From Phormidesmis sp. (GTDB lineage Bacteria > Cyanobacteriota > Cyanobacteriia > Leptolyngbyales > Leptolyngbyaceae): a stretch of 64,000 nt of DNA. Made by a program: the position numbers and the translations under genes. Shown here piece after piece: positions 41,739-52,880 of the stretch. The DNA lies in the NCBI GenBank assembly GCA_965248535.1, contig CBDFJR010000002.1, forward strand, positions 160,001-224,000, read 5' to 3'. Below the pieces are notes generated by a model, which saw nothing but the letters and a program-made list of their open reading frames with translations, was not told the origin of the DNA and ran no database searches. Within the stretch, counting starts at the first letter, position 1; every line of letters starts with the position of its first letter.

Positions 41739-42617
41739 ATGACTAGCATCGCTCCCGTTTCCCAAACTGAGTTGACCCAGAGACGGCAAAAACTGCGCCG
41801 TCAGCGCCGCGTCAGGTTTCTGCAAGCCAGTTGGCGCAGTCTGGCGGTCACAGGTTTAGCGGGTGGGGCGGTTTGGGTTGCCACCTTGCCCGCTTGGGTG
41901 ATTCGCAATCCAGAGCAGGTTACAATCAAGGGCAATCAATTTATTTCTGCCCAGACCATTCGCACGCTGCTGCCGATCGCTTACCCTCAATCCCTGCTCA
42001 AAATTCAGCCTCAAGCCATTGCCGATGCGCTGAAATCAAAGGCTCCCATCTCTGAAGCAACCGTTGACCGTCAACTGTTTCCTCCAGGCTTAACGGTGAG
42101 AGTGCATGAGCGCAACCCGGTCGCGATCGCTCAACCTAGCATCTCCAAAATCGCGCCCTCTAGCTCTCAGCCTACGGCTGCCAAACCGTCTGACGGATCA
42201 ATTAACCCGACCCAGGCGGGACTTCTCGACGAAAACGGTAGTTGGACTTCGCTAGAAACCTATACCTCGCTGAATCAAAGCTTTAAGCTGCCGACGCTAA
42301 AAGTTACTGGAAAGTTATCGCAATATCGCCCAAATTGGACTAGTCTTTATCAAACCTTAAGTCGCAACCCGGTCAGAGTTTCTGAAATTAATTGGGAAGA
42401 CCCTAGTAATTTAATTCTTAAAACTGAGATTGGTTTAGTTCACTTTGGTCTGTATGGCGCTAACTTTGCCAATCAACTAAAAGCACTTGACCAGATGCGC
42501 CGATTGCCCAATCATGTTCGCCCTGACCAACTCTCTTATATCGATTTAAGAAACCCAGATTCCCCATTTATTCAAATGAATCCTTCAAAAACTCCTGTAA
42601 AATTAGGTACTCCTTAA
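41739..42617 (+). CDS. ftsQ: Cell division protein FtsQ
   Basis: Basic N-terminus, TM helix, POTRA-like region, YIDLRNP; directly upstream of ftsZ. Confidence 0.9.
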   Translation: MTSIAPVSQTELTQRRQKLRRQRRVRFLQASWRSLAVTGLAGGAVWVATLPAWVIRNPEQVTIKGNQFISAQTIRTLLPIAYPQSLLKIQPQAIADALKSKAPISEATVDRQLFPPGLTVRVHERNPVAIAQPSISKIAPSSSQPTAAKPSDGSINPTQAGLLDENGSWTSLETYTSLNQSFKLPTLKVTGKLSQYRPNWTSLYQTLSRNPVRVSEINWEDPSNLILKTEIGLVHFGLYGANFANQLKALDQMRRLPNHVRPDQLSYIDLRNPDSPFIQMNPSKTPVKLGTP

Positions 42618-42796
42618 ACCAGTGCATGAGAAAGCTTGCAAATCCGCTGCTAGAAAACTTAACCTGATATCGTTAACCTAAATACTTTTTCGCTGCAATC
42701 GGTGTGGCAGCATCGTTCATTCTTCTGCCTTTTTTCTCTGATCGCCTAGCTTTGTCTAGCGCTGATCTCTTGTTCATAACCATCGCTGAAATTCCA

Positions 42797-44094
42797 ATGA
42801 CGCTTAACAATGAGTCAGACACCTCAATTGCTCTCGACAGCCGACTAGAGCGCGGCCACGAGAGTTCTCACGCTGAAGGACAATCTAGCTTCTCATCCAC
42901 GGCAGAAAATTCTAACCCGTTTGGCGGCAACTCCAGTCTATATTTAAGTCAAAACTCCAGCCTTAAGGGTTTGCCTGGAGAAGATTCAAGGAGTGGTGAT
43001 ATTGTGCCAGGTAGCGTAGCAAAGATTAAAGTCATCGGTGTGGGCGGGGGTGGCGGCAATGCGGTCAACCGCATGATTGCCAGCGATGTGTCTGGAGTTG
43101 AGTTTTGGACGGTCAACACCGATGCTCAGGCGTTGGCGCAGGCGCAGGCTCCCAAACGGTTGCAGGTGGGTCAAAAATTGACGCGAGGGCTGGGGGCTGG
43201 GGGCAACCCGGCGATCGGGCAAAAAGCCGCCGAAGAATCTCGTGATGAAATTGCGACAGCACTTGAACATTCAGATCTAGTCTTTATCACCGCAGGCATG
43301 GGCGGCGGCACGGGCACGGGCGCGGCCCCGATCGTGGCCGAGGTTGCCAAAGAATTAGGGGCCCTAACGGTGGGGGTGGTGACTCGCCCTTCACGTTTGA
43401 AGGTCGGCGACGCACGACGCAGGCTGAAGAAGGCATTGCTGCGCTTCAGAGCCGAGTCGATACGCTGATTATCATTCCCAATGACAAACTGCTGACGGTG
43501 ATTTCTGAGCAAACGCCCGTCCAGGAGGCGTTTCAGACGGCAGACGATATCTTGCGTCAGGGAGTGCAGGGCATCTCTGACATCATCACGATTCCAGGGT
43601 TGGTCAACGTAGACTTTGCTGACGTGAGAGCGATTATGGCGGATGCTGGCTCGGCGCTGATGGGCATTGGCATTGGGTCGGGCAAGTCGAGAGCGAGGGA
43701 GGCGGCGATCGCGGCCATCTCTTCGCCGCTCTTAGAAGCCTCGATCAACGGAGCTAGAGGCGTGGTTTTCAACATCACGGGGGGCACCGATCTGACGCTC
43801 CATGAAGTCAATGCGGCGGCAGAAATCATCTATGAAGTCGTTGACCCGAACGCCAATATCATTTTTGGAGCGGTGATTGACGAACGACTGCAAGGCGAAG
43901 TGCGGATTACAGTCATTGCGACCGGGTTTTCTCCTGAAGCTCAACCCCAGCAGGCTCTTGGAAAACCGACTGCGCTGCCAAAACGGGTGACGGCTCCTGC
44001 GCCTTCGACTCCGACGGTGACTCCTGATCCTAAAAGCAAGCCGCCCGGTTTAGACATTCCTGAATTTTTGCAGAGACGCAGACCGCCGAGATAA
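42797..44094 (+). CDS. ftsZ: Cell division protein FtsZ (one base missing near 43390, probable sequencing error)
   Basis: [26 protein letters not shown]-terminal DIPEFL; adding one T restores TRPFTFEG. Confidence 0.95.
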
Positions 44095-44121
44095 AGAGCG
44101 TGAATTCCAGTCTTATCGGCT

Positions 44122-45348
44122 TTAGGTCAAAAGCACTTGCAAAGGGTCTCCGGCTTTGATTTGGCTCTGCCCGATCGGGATCACGCCCAAACTATTCGTC
44201 CCAGCCAGGTTAATTAAATTGCCAGAGCTATTGCTGCCTGGGGCGATCGTAAACTCACAGGAGCCGTTGACCCACTGCGATCGTCCCCAAAGATAAGCTT
44301 CTCGCTTGCCGTCCGATCGCAGGTCTTGCTGGGCGATCGCGGGGATGAAGCTCGGCTCCCACCCGTGGGGCAAGCCAGAAAGTTTTTTGAGCGCAGGTTG
44401 CACAAATCGCCAAAACGTCACGAGGGCCGAAACAGGATTGCCTGGCAGTCCAAAGTAGAGCGTTTTAGGAAAAGTGGCTACTGTTAAAGGCTTTCCGGGT
44501 CTGATGGCGACTGAGCGGATGTGAATCTGTGCGCCGAGTTCTGCCAAGATGCGATCGACATAATCATAGTCGCCCACCGAAACTCCCCCCGTTGAAAGCA
44601 CAACATCGGCGATCGCTGCCGCTTCGGCAATGGCCCGCTTCAACGCTTCCGGCTGATCGCCCACAATGCCTAACGGAATTGCCTCGCCGCCCATTTGCTC
44701 GACTAGGGCAGCCAGGGCATATTGGTTAGAGTCCACAATTTGTCCGGGTTGCAGGGGTTGGTTGAGGGTAACTAATTCGCTGCCCGTAGACAAAATTGCT
44801 ACACGAGGACGACGATAAACTCGCACCATACTGCACTGAGCAGCAGCCAGCACGGCAATTTCGGGCGCTTTGAGTACCTCTCCGGCGGACAGCAACGGCG
44901 ACCCTGCTTGATAAAAGGCTCCGCGATGTCTCACAAAGGCTTGGGCTGAAGCTGGAGGACGGAGAATCCAAACCCGTCCGGCTTCTCGTTTGGTCTCTTC
45001 TTGAATGACGATCGTGTCTGCCCCCTCTGGCATCACCGACCCGGTGAGAATTCGGGCGGCTTGCTGAGACTGCACCGATCGCTGGGGCTGATATCCCGCC
45101 GGAATTTCTTCTACAATGTCTAGCGCGATCGGCTGATCAGGGCTAGCAGCTTTGACATCCTCAAACCGGACGGCATAGCCATCCATGGCCGAATTGTCCC
45201 AGTGGGGAAAGTCTAGCTGACTGGTGACTGAGACGGCGAGGATGCGATCGCGGGCAGCGCGCAAATCTACGTCTTCTGCGTCCCGTTCTGCATCCAACGG
45301 TTGGACTAAGTTGAGAATGAGTTCTTCTGCTAGCTTTGGTGGCATCAT
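44122..45348 (-). CDS. moeA: Molybdopterin molybdotransferase
   Basis: DNSAMDGYA, STGSEL, GGVSVGDYD, PGKP, LPGNP. Confidence 0.95.
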   Translation of the reverse strand: MMPPKLAEELILNLVQPLDAERDAEDVDLRAARDRILAVSVTSQLDFPHWDNSAMDGYAVRFEDVKAASPDQPIALDIVEEIPAGYQPQRSVQSQQAARILTGSVMPEGADTIVIQEETKREAGRVWILRPPASAQAFVRHRGAFYQAGSPLLSAGEVLKAPEIAVLAAAQCSMVRVYRRPRVAILSTGSELVTLNQPLQPGQIVDSNQYALAALVEQMGGEAIPLGIVGDQPEALKRAIAEAAAIADVVLSTGGVSVGDYDYVDRILAELGAQIHIRSVAIRPGKPLTVATFPKTLYFGLPGNPVSALVTFWRFVQPALKKLSGLPHGWEPSFIPAIAQQDLRSDGKREAYLWGRSQWVNGSCEFTIAPGSNSSGNLINLAGTNSLGVIPIGQSQIKAGDPLQVLLT

Positions 45349-45474
45349 CGGTTTTTCACCCGCTTTTTTAGATCGCTTTAACGAGAGACTCAACTAGCTT
45401 TTTGCACAAGTTCGCCTTCCTATGAAATAATAGATGTTTGTGTCCAAATCCAGTGTCTTCAGAATTAACCGACC

Positions 45475-45669
45475 ATGGCTAAGAACAAGGGCGTTAGAAT
45501 CGTGATTACGCTAGAGTGCACCGAGTGTCGCACCAACCCTGACAAGCGATCGCCCGGTGTCTCACGTTACACCACCACCAAAAACCGTCGCAACACCACC
45601 GCACGGCTAGAACTGTCTAAGTTCTGTCCTCACTGCAACAAGCATACCGACCACAAAGAAATCAAGTAA
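45475..45669 (+). CDS. rpmG: 50S ribosomal protein L33
   Basis: ITLECTEC...[20 protein letters not shown]. Confidence 0.97.
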   Translation: MAKNKGVRIVITLECTECRTNPDKRSPGVSRYTTTKNRRNTTARLELSKFCPHCNKHTDHKEIK

Positions 45670-45741
45670 CGAGCCAATCGTTGACTTGTTCTATCGGCTG
45701 TCAGCAATAAGCTGGTAACTTCTTGCCCGTAGTCTCTCAGC

Positions 45742-45769
45742 CTGACTACTGACCACTGACCACTCACCA
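45742..45769 (+). repeat. Heptamer short tandem repeat, four copies (CTGACCA-like)
   Basis: CTGACTA CTGACCA CTGACCA CTCACCA. Confidence 0.7.
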
Positions 45770-45779
45770 AGGAATCACC

Positions 45780-45995
45780 ATGAGCTATTACCGTCGTCGC
45801 GTCTCGCCTCTCAAACCTGAAGAACCGATCGATTATAAAGATGTCGATTTGCTGCGCAAGTTTATCACCGAGCGGGGCAAAATTCTTCCCCGTCGGATCA
45901 CCGGGCTAACCGCCAAACAACAGCGGCATCTGACCGTTTCTATCAAGCGCGCTCGGATCATGGCGCTGTTGCCCTTCATCAGTCAAGAAGGTTAG
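45780..45995 (+). CDS. rpsR: 30S ribosomal protein S18
   Basis: [26 protein letters not shown]. Confidence 0.98.
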   Translation: MSYYRRRVSPLKPEEPIDYKDVDLLRKFITERGKILPRRITGLTAKQQRHLTVSIKRARIMALLPFISQEG

Positions 45996-46102
45996 TCTGC
46001 GGGGTGTTAAGGTGCAGCGTGTGAGCGCGTTTTGCTAGATGCCAAGCACCCCTCCCCGGCTCTAGTTTGCTGTCCTTAACACCCTTAATTGCGCTGACCT
46101 CA

Positions 46103-48124
46103 ATGGAGAAGGGAACCCTCGTTGAATTTCGCCTCAATAGCGATCGCCGTCTGGCCGTTGCCGAACGTCCTGAAGGCAAAAAACACTGGATTGTGAGCGA
46201 CGATCGCGGGCAAGCCCACACCCTTCATCCTCGCCAAGTCACCTACGAAGTTGCTGACGAAACCTATAAGCCTGCCGATATTCCCAAATTTTTGCAGGAG
46301 ATTCAGCCCTATCTTGATCCGTCAAGTTTAGAAGTTGCTTGGGAGATTCTCAGTGAAACGGGGGAGAGCACCGACCCGATCGAGATGGCGATGCTGCTGT
46401 TTTCAGACAAAACTGCGCCATTGTGTTATGCAGCTTACTGCTTGCTTTCCGACGATAAGCTTTACTTTAAACAAAAGGGCGATCGCTACGAACCTCGACC
46501 CGCAAACCAAGTTGCCGAACTCAAGCATCAGATTGAGATAGAAGCGCAGCGACAGCGAGAATGGCAGAGCTATTTAGAGCGCGTTCAGCAAGCCCTTAAG
46601 GGCGAACCCGTTGAATGGCAGTCTGGCGATCGCCCCCGCCTTGAAGCCATTGAGCGATTTGCAATCCTGGGAGACGAAGCCACCCATCGCACCCCTGCCC
46701 TTGAAACTCTAAGCGCTCTCAAACGGCAAGAACTGCCTCAAGTCGCCTTTCAGCTTCTCGTTGATCTGGGGTTGTGGAGTCCTCACGAAAATCTGTTTCT
46801 GCGGCGCAGCCAGATCGCTACTCACTTTTCTACCAAGGTTCTGGAAGTGTTGCACCACCGCCTGGAGTTTCCGCCCGCTGACTCAAATGCCGATCGCTTA
46901 GATTTGACTCACCTAAAGGTTTATACGATCGATGATGAAAGCACCCGTGAAATTGATGACGGCTTAAGTCTAGAAATCTTGCCCGACGGTCAGCAGCGCC
47001 TCTGGATTCACATTGCCGACCCGACTCGCTGGCTCACCCCCGGCGATGATTTAGACCTAGAAGCCCGCCGTCGCACCACCACGCTTTATCTGCCCACGGG
47101 CATGATTCCCATGTTTCCGTCGGAGTTGGCAACGGGGCCAATGAGCTTAAACCAGGGCGAGGTCTGCTGTGCTCTCAGCTTTGGGGTTGTTTTAGACGAG
47201 TCGGGCGGCGTGCAAGATTTTAGCATTCACACCAGCCTGATCAAAGCCACCTACCGTCTCACCTACGACGATGTAGACGAGATGCTGCAATGGGGTGTGC
47301 AGGCAGAGTCTGAGTTAGAGACGATCGCTCGCTGGGCAAAACGCCGAGAGCAGTGGCGGCAGTCTCAGGGCGCAATCAGCATTCATATGCCCGAATCGTC
47401 GATCAAAGTCAATGGCGATGGCGAAGTCACGATCTACGTTTTAGAAGATTCTGTCTCTCGGCAACTCGTGGCTGAGATGATGATCTTAGCTGGGGAAGTT
47501 GCGGCCCGCTATGGTCAAAAACATGGGTTGCCCGTGCCGTTTCGCGCCCAGCCCCAGCCTGAGTTGCCCCCTGAAGGTGAGCTTTTACAACTTCCGGCTG
47601 GCCCGGTGCGCTCCTGTGCCATTCGGCGCTGTATGCCGCGCAGCGAGTTGAGCATCACGCCTGCCCGTCACGCCAGTCTAGGGCTAGACACCTACACTCA
47701 GGTCACCTCCCCGATTCGACGCTACAGCGATTTGCTGACCCATTTTCAGATCAAAGCTCATCTGCGGGGGGCCGCGCTGCCGTTTTCACCCGACGAAGTG
47801 AAAGACTTGATGCTGACGATCGCCAGCACCGTTCAAGAAGCCTCGCTAGTCGAGCGCCAAACCAATCGCTATTGGAGCCTAGAATTTCTGCGCCGCAACT
47901 CATCTGAGGTCTGGCCGTCATTGATGCTGCGCTGGCTGCGAGAACACGAAAACCTGGGGCTGGTGCTGCTCGAAGACCTAGGTCTAGAAATCGCCATGCG
48001 GTTTAATCGCTCGATCGAGCCGGGCGATCGCCTCAACCTCAAAGTCAGCCACGTTGACCCCAAACAAGACGTGATCCAGTTTCAAGAAGTCGCTTATCAA
48101 GAGGCTCCTCAAGCGGTTAGCTGA
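46103..48124 (+). CDS. RNase II/R family exoribonuclease
   Basis: TIDDESTREIDDG, HIAD, TSPIRRYSD. Confidence 0.93.
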   Translation: MEKGTLVEFRLNSDRRLAVAERPEGKKHWIVSDDRGQAHTLHPRQVTYEVADETYKPADIPKFLQEIQPYLDPSSLEVAWEILSETGESTDPIEMAMLLFSDKTAPLCYAAYCLLSDDKLYFKQKGDRYEPRPANQVAELKHQIEIEAQRQREWQSYLERVQQALKGEPVEWQSGDRPRLEAIERFAILGDEATHRTPALETLSALKRQELPQVAFQLLVDLGLWSPHENLFLRRSQIATHFSTKVLEVLHHRLEFPPADSNADRLDLTHLKVYTIDDESTREIDDGLSLEILPDGQQRLWIHIADPTRWLTPGDDLDLEARRRTTTLYLPTGMIPMFPSELATGPMSLNQGEVCCALSFGVVLDESGGVQDFSIHTSLIKATYRLTYDDVDEMLQWGVQAESELETIARWAKRREQWRQSQGAISIHMPESSIKVNGDGEVTIYVLEDSVSRQLVAEMMILAGEVAARYGQKHGLPVPFRAQPQPELPPEGELLQLPAGPVRSCAIRRCMPRSELSITPARHASLGLDTYTQVTSPIRRYSDLLTHFQIKAHLRGAALPFSPDEVKDLMLTIASTVQEASLVERQTNRYWSLEFLRRNSSEVWPSLMLRWLREHENLGLVLLEDLGLEIAMRFNRSIEPGDRLNLKVSHVDPKQDVIQFQEVAYQEAPQAVS

Positions 48125-48222
48125 CGGGGTAAAGAAAAGCTATTCTGAAATAGGTCTCTTATAACTTCCCGTTATGGGAATGCCATCTGATAGAATTTTG
48201 AAGGTTTTTATAACATTAGCCA

Positions 48223-49239
48223 ATGGGATCGACGCGGGTAAGAATTGCAATTGATGCGATGGGGGGAGACAATGCCCCTGCTGAAATCGTGGCAGGCGCG
48301 CTCAGAGCACAAGAAGAACTGGGCGTAGACGTGCTGCTGGTGGGCGATCCTCAGCAAATCGAAGCCTCGTTAAAGCAGCACACCCAATCCTCATCGCTAG
48401 AAATCGTCGCTTCAGAGGGCACGATCGAGATGTCTGAAGAACCCCTCACCGCTCTGCGCCGCAAGCCCAAAGCCTCGATCAACGTGGCGATGGATTTGGT
48501 TAAGAAAAAGCGGGCTGATGCCGTGGTGTCGGCGGGTCACTCTGGGGCCGCGATGGCGGCGGCTTTGCTGCGTCTGGGAAGACTGCCCGGAATTGACCGC
48601 CCGGCGATCGGGGCCGTTCTCCCAACCCTAATCGCAGGCAAACCTGTCTTGATTCTCGACGTGGGGGCCAATGTAGACTGTCGCCCTAAGTTTCTAGAGC
48701 AGTTCGCTCTGATGGGCAGCATCTATGCTCAATATGTGCTGGGAGTCGCCGAACCGAAAGTTGGCTTGTTAAACATTGGCGAAGAACCTAATAAGGGCAA
48801 CGAGCTAGCCATCCAAACCCACCAACTGCTACAGGAAAACCCCAACATTCCCTTTATTGGCAACGCCGAGGGGCGAGATGTTTTATCGGGTCACTTTGAT
48901 GTCATCGTCTGTGACGGCTTTGCGGGCAACGTGTTGCTCAAGTTTGCCGAAGCCGTTGGCGAAGTCGCCCTGCAAATTTTGCGGCAAGAGTTGCCCCGTG
49001 GACTGCACGGCAAGTTAGGCGTTTCGGTGCTGCGGCCAAATCTGAAGCGGATCAAGCAGAGGATGGATCACGCCGAACATGGGGGCGGTCTGCTGTTGGG
49101 TGTTGCCGGAATCTGCATCATCAGCCACGGCAGTTCTCAAGCGCCGACTATTTTTAATGCGGCCCGGTTGGCCAAAGAGGCGATCGATAATGAAGTGCTC
49201 GATCGCATTGCCGTGACGAGCCGCTTGGCAGAGAGCTAA
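48223..49239 (+). CDS. plsX: Phosphate acyltransferase PlsX
   Basis: IAIDAMGGD, LDVGAN, NIGEE..KG, DGFAGN. Confidence 0.97.
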   Translation: MGSTRVRIAIDAMGGDNAPAEIVAGALRAQEELGVDVLLVGDPQQIEASLKQHTQSSSLEIVASEGTIEMSEEPLTALRRKPKASINVAMDLVKKKRADAVVSAGHSGAAMAAALLRLGRLPGIDRPAIGAVLPTLIAGKPVLILDVGANVDCRPKFLEQFALMGSIYAQYVLGVAEPKVGLLNIGEEPNKGNELAIQTHQLLQENPNIPFIGNAEGRDVLSGHFDVIVCDGFAGNVLLKFAEAVGEVALQILRQELPRGLHGKLGVSVLRPNLKRIKQRMDHAEHGGGLLLGVAGICIISHGSSQAPTIFNAARLAKEAIDNEVLDRIAVTSRLAES

Positions 49240-49270
49240 TCCAAAATCCTGTAAGGATGGAGAAAAAATC

Positions 49271-50266
49271 TTGAAACAGTCAGGGGTAGGGATTGCAATC
49301 ACGGGCAGTGGCTCATCGGCTCCGACCGTCTCCCTCAACAATGCTGAGTTGAGTCAAGTGGTCGAAACGTCGGATGAGTGGATCGCTTCTCGCACAGGCA
49401 TTCGTGAGCGGCGATTAGCAGAGCCGGGGTGCTCACTCACAAAGCTGGGCGTTGAGGCGGCAAGGGGGGCGATCGCCATGGCTGGCATTGCTGCAACAGA
49501 TCTTGATCTAATCATTTTGGCCACCTCGACCGCCGATGATCTGTTTGGCAGCGCCAATCAAATTCAAGCGCAACTGGGCGCTTCTAAAGCGGTTGCCTTT
49601 GACCTGACCGCCGCCTGTTCGGGGTTTGTGTTTGGCATGGTGACCGCAGCGCAGTTTATGCGGATGGGGGTCTATCAAAATGTGCTGCTGATCGGGGCCG
49701 ATGTGCTGTCGCGCTGGGTCGATTGGTCAGATCGCCGCACCTGTGTGCTGTTTGGTGACGGAGCCGGAGCCGTGGTCATGCAGGCAAGTGAGCACGATCG
49801 GCTCCTAGGGTTTGAGCTTCGCAGCGATGGCACTCAAAATGATTGTCTCAATTTGTCTTATCAGTCAGAGCCAAAAGAGCTGCTGACGGGCGTGACGATC
49901 AATCAGGGCACGTTTCAACCGATCACGATGAACGGTCAAGAAGTCTATCGCTTTGCGGTCAAGAAGGTGCCTGAAGTGATTGAGAAAGCGCTCTTTCGGG
50001 CGCATCTGAGTGTTGAAGATATTGACTGGCTCTTGCTGCATCAGGCCAATCAGCGCATTCTCGACTCAGTGGCCGATCGCCTCAAAATTCCTCCCGAAAA
50101 AGTGATCAGCAATCTGGCAAAATACGGCAATACGTCCGCTGCGTCGATTCCTCTCGCCTTAGATGAAGCCGTTCGCCAAGGCAAGATTAAACCGGGCGAT
50201 ACGATCGTCACCTCTGGTTTTGGAGCGGGCTTAACGTGGGGCGCAGCCGTCTTTCAGTGGGGATAA
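49271..50266 (+). CDS. fabH: 3-oxoacyl-ACP synthase III
   Basis: AACSGF, HQAN, GNTSAAS. Confidence 0.97.
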   Translation: MKQSGVGIAITGSGSSAPTVSLNNAELSQVVETSDEWIASRTGIRERRLAEPGCSLTKLGVEAARGAIAMAGIAATDLDLIILATSTADDLFGSANQIQAQLGASKAVAFDLTAACSGFVFGMVTAAQFMRMGVYQNVLLIGADVLSRWVDWSDRRTCVLFGDGAGAVVMQASEHDRLLGFELRSDGTQNDCLNLSYQSEPKELLTGVTINQGTFQPITMNGQEVYRFAVKKVPEVIEKALFRAHLSVEDIDWLLLHQANQRILDSVADRLKIPPEKVISNLAKYGNTSAASIPLALDEAVRQGKIKPGDTIVTSGFGAGLTWGAAVFQWG

Positions 50267-50273
50267 CAAGATT

Positions 50274-51152
50274 ATGACAATAGCGTGGGTGTTTCCGGGG
50301 CAGGGTTCGCAAGCGATCGGCATGGGCATGGATTTGCTGGAGTTGCCCGACGCAAGGGCGAAGTTTGAGCAAGCCGAGCAGCTATTGGGCTGGTCAGTGA
50401 TTGAGGTGTGTCAAAATCCAGACGACAAAGTTTCCCATACGCTATACACGCAGCCTTGCTTGTATGTGGTCGAGAGCATTCTGTCTGATCTGCTCAAGGC
50501 AAGGGGGCAGCACCCCAATTATGTCGCAGGTCACAGTCTGGGAGAATACACGGCCCTTTACACGTCAGGGGTGTTCAGCTTTGAAGATGGGCTGCGGCTA
50601 ATCAAGCGTCGGGCCGAGTTGATGGACAGCGCCTCAGATGGGGTGATGGCGGCGCTCTTGGGCTTTGATCGGGCCCAGCTTGAAACGGCGATCGGGCAAA
50701 CTCCCGATGTCGTCTTAGCCAACGACAATAATGCAGGTCAGGTGGTCATTTCTGGTACGTCAGAGGCGGTTGAAGTGATTCTCAATCAGGTTAAATCGAA
50801 GCGCGCCGTGCGGCTGAATGTCAGTGGCGCTTTTCACTCACCGCTGATGGCAGAAGCCGCCGCCCAGTTCCAAACCGTTTTGGAGGCGGTTTCGTTTGAG
50901 CCTGGTCAGATTCCCGTTCTTTCCAATGTTGATCCCGTTCCCAGCATTGATCCGGTGGTGCTTAAAGATCGCCTCAATCGTCAGATGACGGGGACGGTGC
51001 GCTGGCGTGAGATCTCGCTGCAATTGGCTCAAGAAGGGGTCGATCGCGTGGTCGAAGTTGGCCCCGGCAAAGTTTTAACGGGAATCATCAAGCGCACTTG
51101 CCCTGATTGGGTGCTCAACACGATCGGTAGCCTGGCCGAGCTTTCTTTATGA
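50274..51152 (+). CDS. fabD: Malonyl-CoA:ACP transacylase
   Basis: FPGQGSQ, GHSLGE, SGAFHS. Confidence 0.97.
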   Translation: MTIAWVFPGQGSQAIGMGMDLLELPDARAKFEQAEQLLGWSVIEVCQNPDDKVSHTLYTQPCLYVVESILSDLLKARGQHPNYVAGHSLGEYTALYTSGVFSFEDGLRLIKRRAELMDSASDGVMAALLGFDRAQLETAIGQTPDVVLANDNNAGQVVISGTSEAVEVILNQVKSKRAVRLNVSGAFHSPLMAEAAAQFQTVLEAVSFEPGQIPVLSNVDPVPSIDPVVLKDRLNRQMTGTVRWREISLQLAQEGVDRVVEVGPGKVLTGIIKRTCPDWVLNTIGSLAELSL

Positions 51153-51811
51153 GCCGCGCTATTTTGTTAGAGACCACCCCCGATCGTGAGCCGTTTATCA
51201 GTCTCTTGCTCTATCGTCTGTTTAAGTGGTCGATCGTCAGCCCCGTGCTGCATACCTACTTTAGAGGACGCATCTATGGAGCCGAAAACGTGCCCCAAAA
51301 GGGACGCTTACTCGTCGTCAGCAACCACGCCAGCGATTTTGATCCGCTGCTGTTGTCGTGCTGTGTAAACCGCCCGGTTGCCTATATGGCCAAAGAAGAA
51401 CTGTTTCAGGTTCCCGTTCTCAAACAGGCGATTCAAGCTTATGGAGCCTACCCCGTAAAGCGGGGATCGGCAGATCGGAGTGCGATGAAAGCGGCGATCG
51501 CTTCCATTGAGTCCGGTTGGGCAACGGGCGTATTTCTGGATGGCACTCGCACCCTTGACGGACGCATTGCCGACCCGAAACTGGGCGCAGCTTGGATTGC
51601 CGCCAAAACTCAATCGCCCCTGCTCCCCGTTAGCCTCTGGGGAACCCATACTATCTTCCGCAAAGGCTCCGCCATTCCCCGTCCGGCTCCGGTGACGGTG
51701 AGAATTGGAGAACTCATTCTGCCCCCGACTTCTAGCGATCGCGCAGAGCTTGAGGCGATCACTCAATGCTGTGCCCTAGAAATCAACACGCTCCATGACT
51801 TGGGTCGATAG
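51149..51811 (+). CDS. plsC: 1-acyl-sn-glycerol-3-phosphate acyltransferase
   Basis: NHASDFD, GTRT motifs; in the plsX-fabH-fabD cluster. Confidence 0.9.
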   Translation: MSRAILLETTPDREPFISLLLYRLFKWSIVSPVLHTYFRGRIYGAENVPQKGRLLVVSNHASDFDPLLLSCCVNRPVAYMAKEELFQVPVLKQAIQAYGAYPVKRGSADRSAMKAAIASIESGWATGVFLDGTRTLDGRIADPKLGAAWIAAKTQSPLLPVSLWGTHTIFRKGSAIPRPAPVTVRIGELILPPTSSDRAELEAITQCCALEINTLHDLGR

Positions 51812-51864
51812 GCGCAAAGTTGACCGTCTAGAATAAAATTCTGTCGCTCATCACGATTCCTAAA

Positions 51865-52164
51865 ATGTCAGATTTAAAATCAGAACTCACCGCCTCTTTA
51901 GACGAAGCCGAATGGAGTTGGCTGATTCCTCACGTCAAGCGTGATGCCGTGGTTGTGGTGGCTCCTGAACTCAATTTAGTTGAGGTTGGGCTAGCGATCG
52001 TCAATGACCAATCGACCTCAGTCCAGCACTGGATCGCGGAAGGTCTTATTTATAAGCCATCTGACCAACAAAAATCTGACTGGAACGCCGACCCAACTCA
52101 GAGATTTAATGCCTTGATTGTGCAACCCTATGTGCTGGTGCAACCGATCGCCGCTTTGACGTGA
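51865..52164 (+). CDS. DUF2288 family protein
   Basis: EAEWSWLIPH...ALIVQPYVLVQ. Confidence 0.8.
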   Translation: MSDLKSELTASLDEAEWSWLIPHVKRDAVVVVAPELNLVEVGLAIVNDQSTSVQHWIAEGLIYKPSDQQKSDWNADPTQRFNALIVQPYVLVQPIAALT

Positions 52165-52208
52165 GATTGGGCATCATAATGCCTGCAAGAATCGCTGCTC
52201 TCTGGGGG

Positions 52209-52844
52209 CTAGGGAACCTCAGGCAATCGACTCCAGCTTGCCCCGGTGTGCCCCGTCGTCACCCAGAGAACTGCTCTAGCCCCATCTCTAAGCGCCTTTG
52301 ACAGAGGTTCTTCAGACTGCTCTGAGGGCACCGAGATAGGTTTGAGATGAATGCCTCGGCTGCCCAGCACGATTTCGCCAATGATTTGCGCCCGCCGCAT
52401 ATGGTAGTCAGAAGTCACCAAATAAACGCTCTGCACACCCTGCTGTTTCAACTCGTCAACCAGGGTTGTAAAATTGGTCACCGTGTCAACCGCTTGATAG
52501 TCTAAGTTGAGCCGATGCAAATCAACCCCCGCATCTGAAAAAACCTGCTCTGTATAGTTTCTGGGGCTACCCGAAGAGATCCAGATCGGCAAACCGGGGT
52601 GCTGACGAGCAAACTCAGCCGTAAACTTCTCGCGCTCTAAAGCCACGGTCGAGCCGCCCAAGACAAGAATCGCTTGAGGCTGCTCAAAATAAATACGAAT
52701 GGCTCGAAAGCCAAACCACACCACTAAAGGCACTATAAACAGCATCCAGGGAAATCGATTTCCCTTCGATCGAGTTCCCTTTGAGCGGTGAAGCTGATGA
52801 TTGTGAGACGCTCCTCTCGATCGCATGATGACACCCGAATTCAA
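52209..52844 (-). CDS. YdcF/DUF218 family protein (start uncertain)
   Basis: ILVLGG, AVDTVTNF, LVTSDYHMRRA. Confidence 0.85.
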   Translation of the reverse strand: MNSGVIMRSRGASHNHQLHRSKGTRSKGNRFPWMLFIVPLVVWFGFRAIRIYFEQPQAILVLGGSTVALEREKFTAEFARQHPGLPIWISSGSPRNYTEQVFSDAGVDLHRLNLDYQAVDTVTNFTTLVDELKQQGVQSVYLVTSDYHMRRAQIIGEIVLGSRGIHLKPISVPSEQSEEPLSKALRDGARAVLWVTTGHTGASWSRLPEVP

Positions 52845-52880
52845 CCACTGATTCGATAAAACTTACTGAGTTAAACCTGC

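Noticed and set aside
42797..44094. ftsZ pseudogene or programmed frameshift
   Set aside because: Essential gene, otherwise intact, with a single missing base in a short run; other similar indels occur in the window
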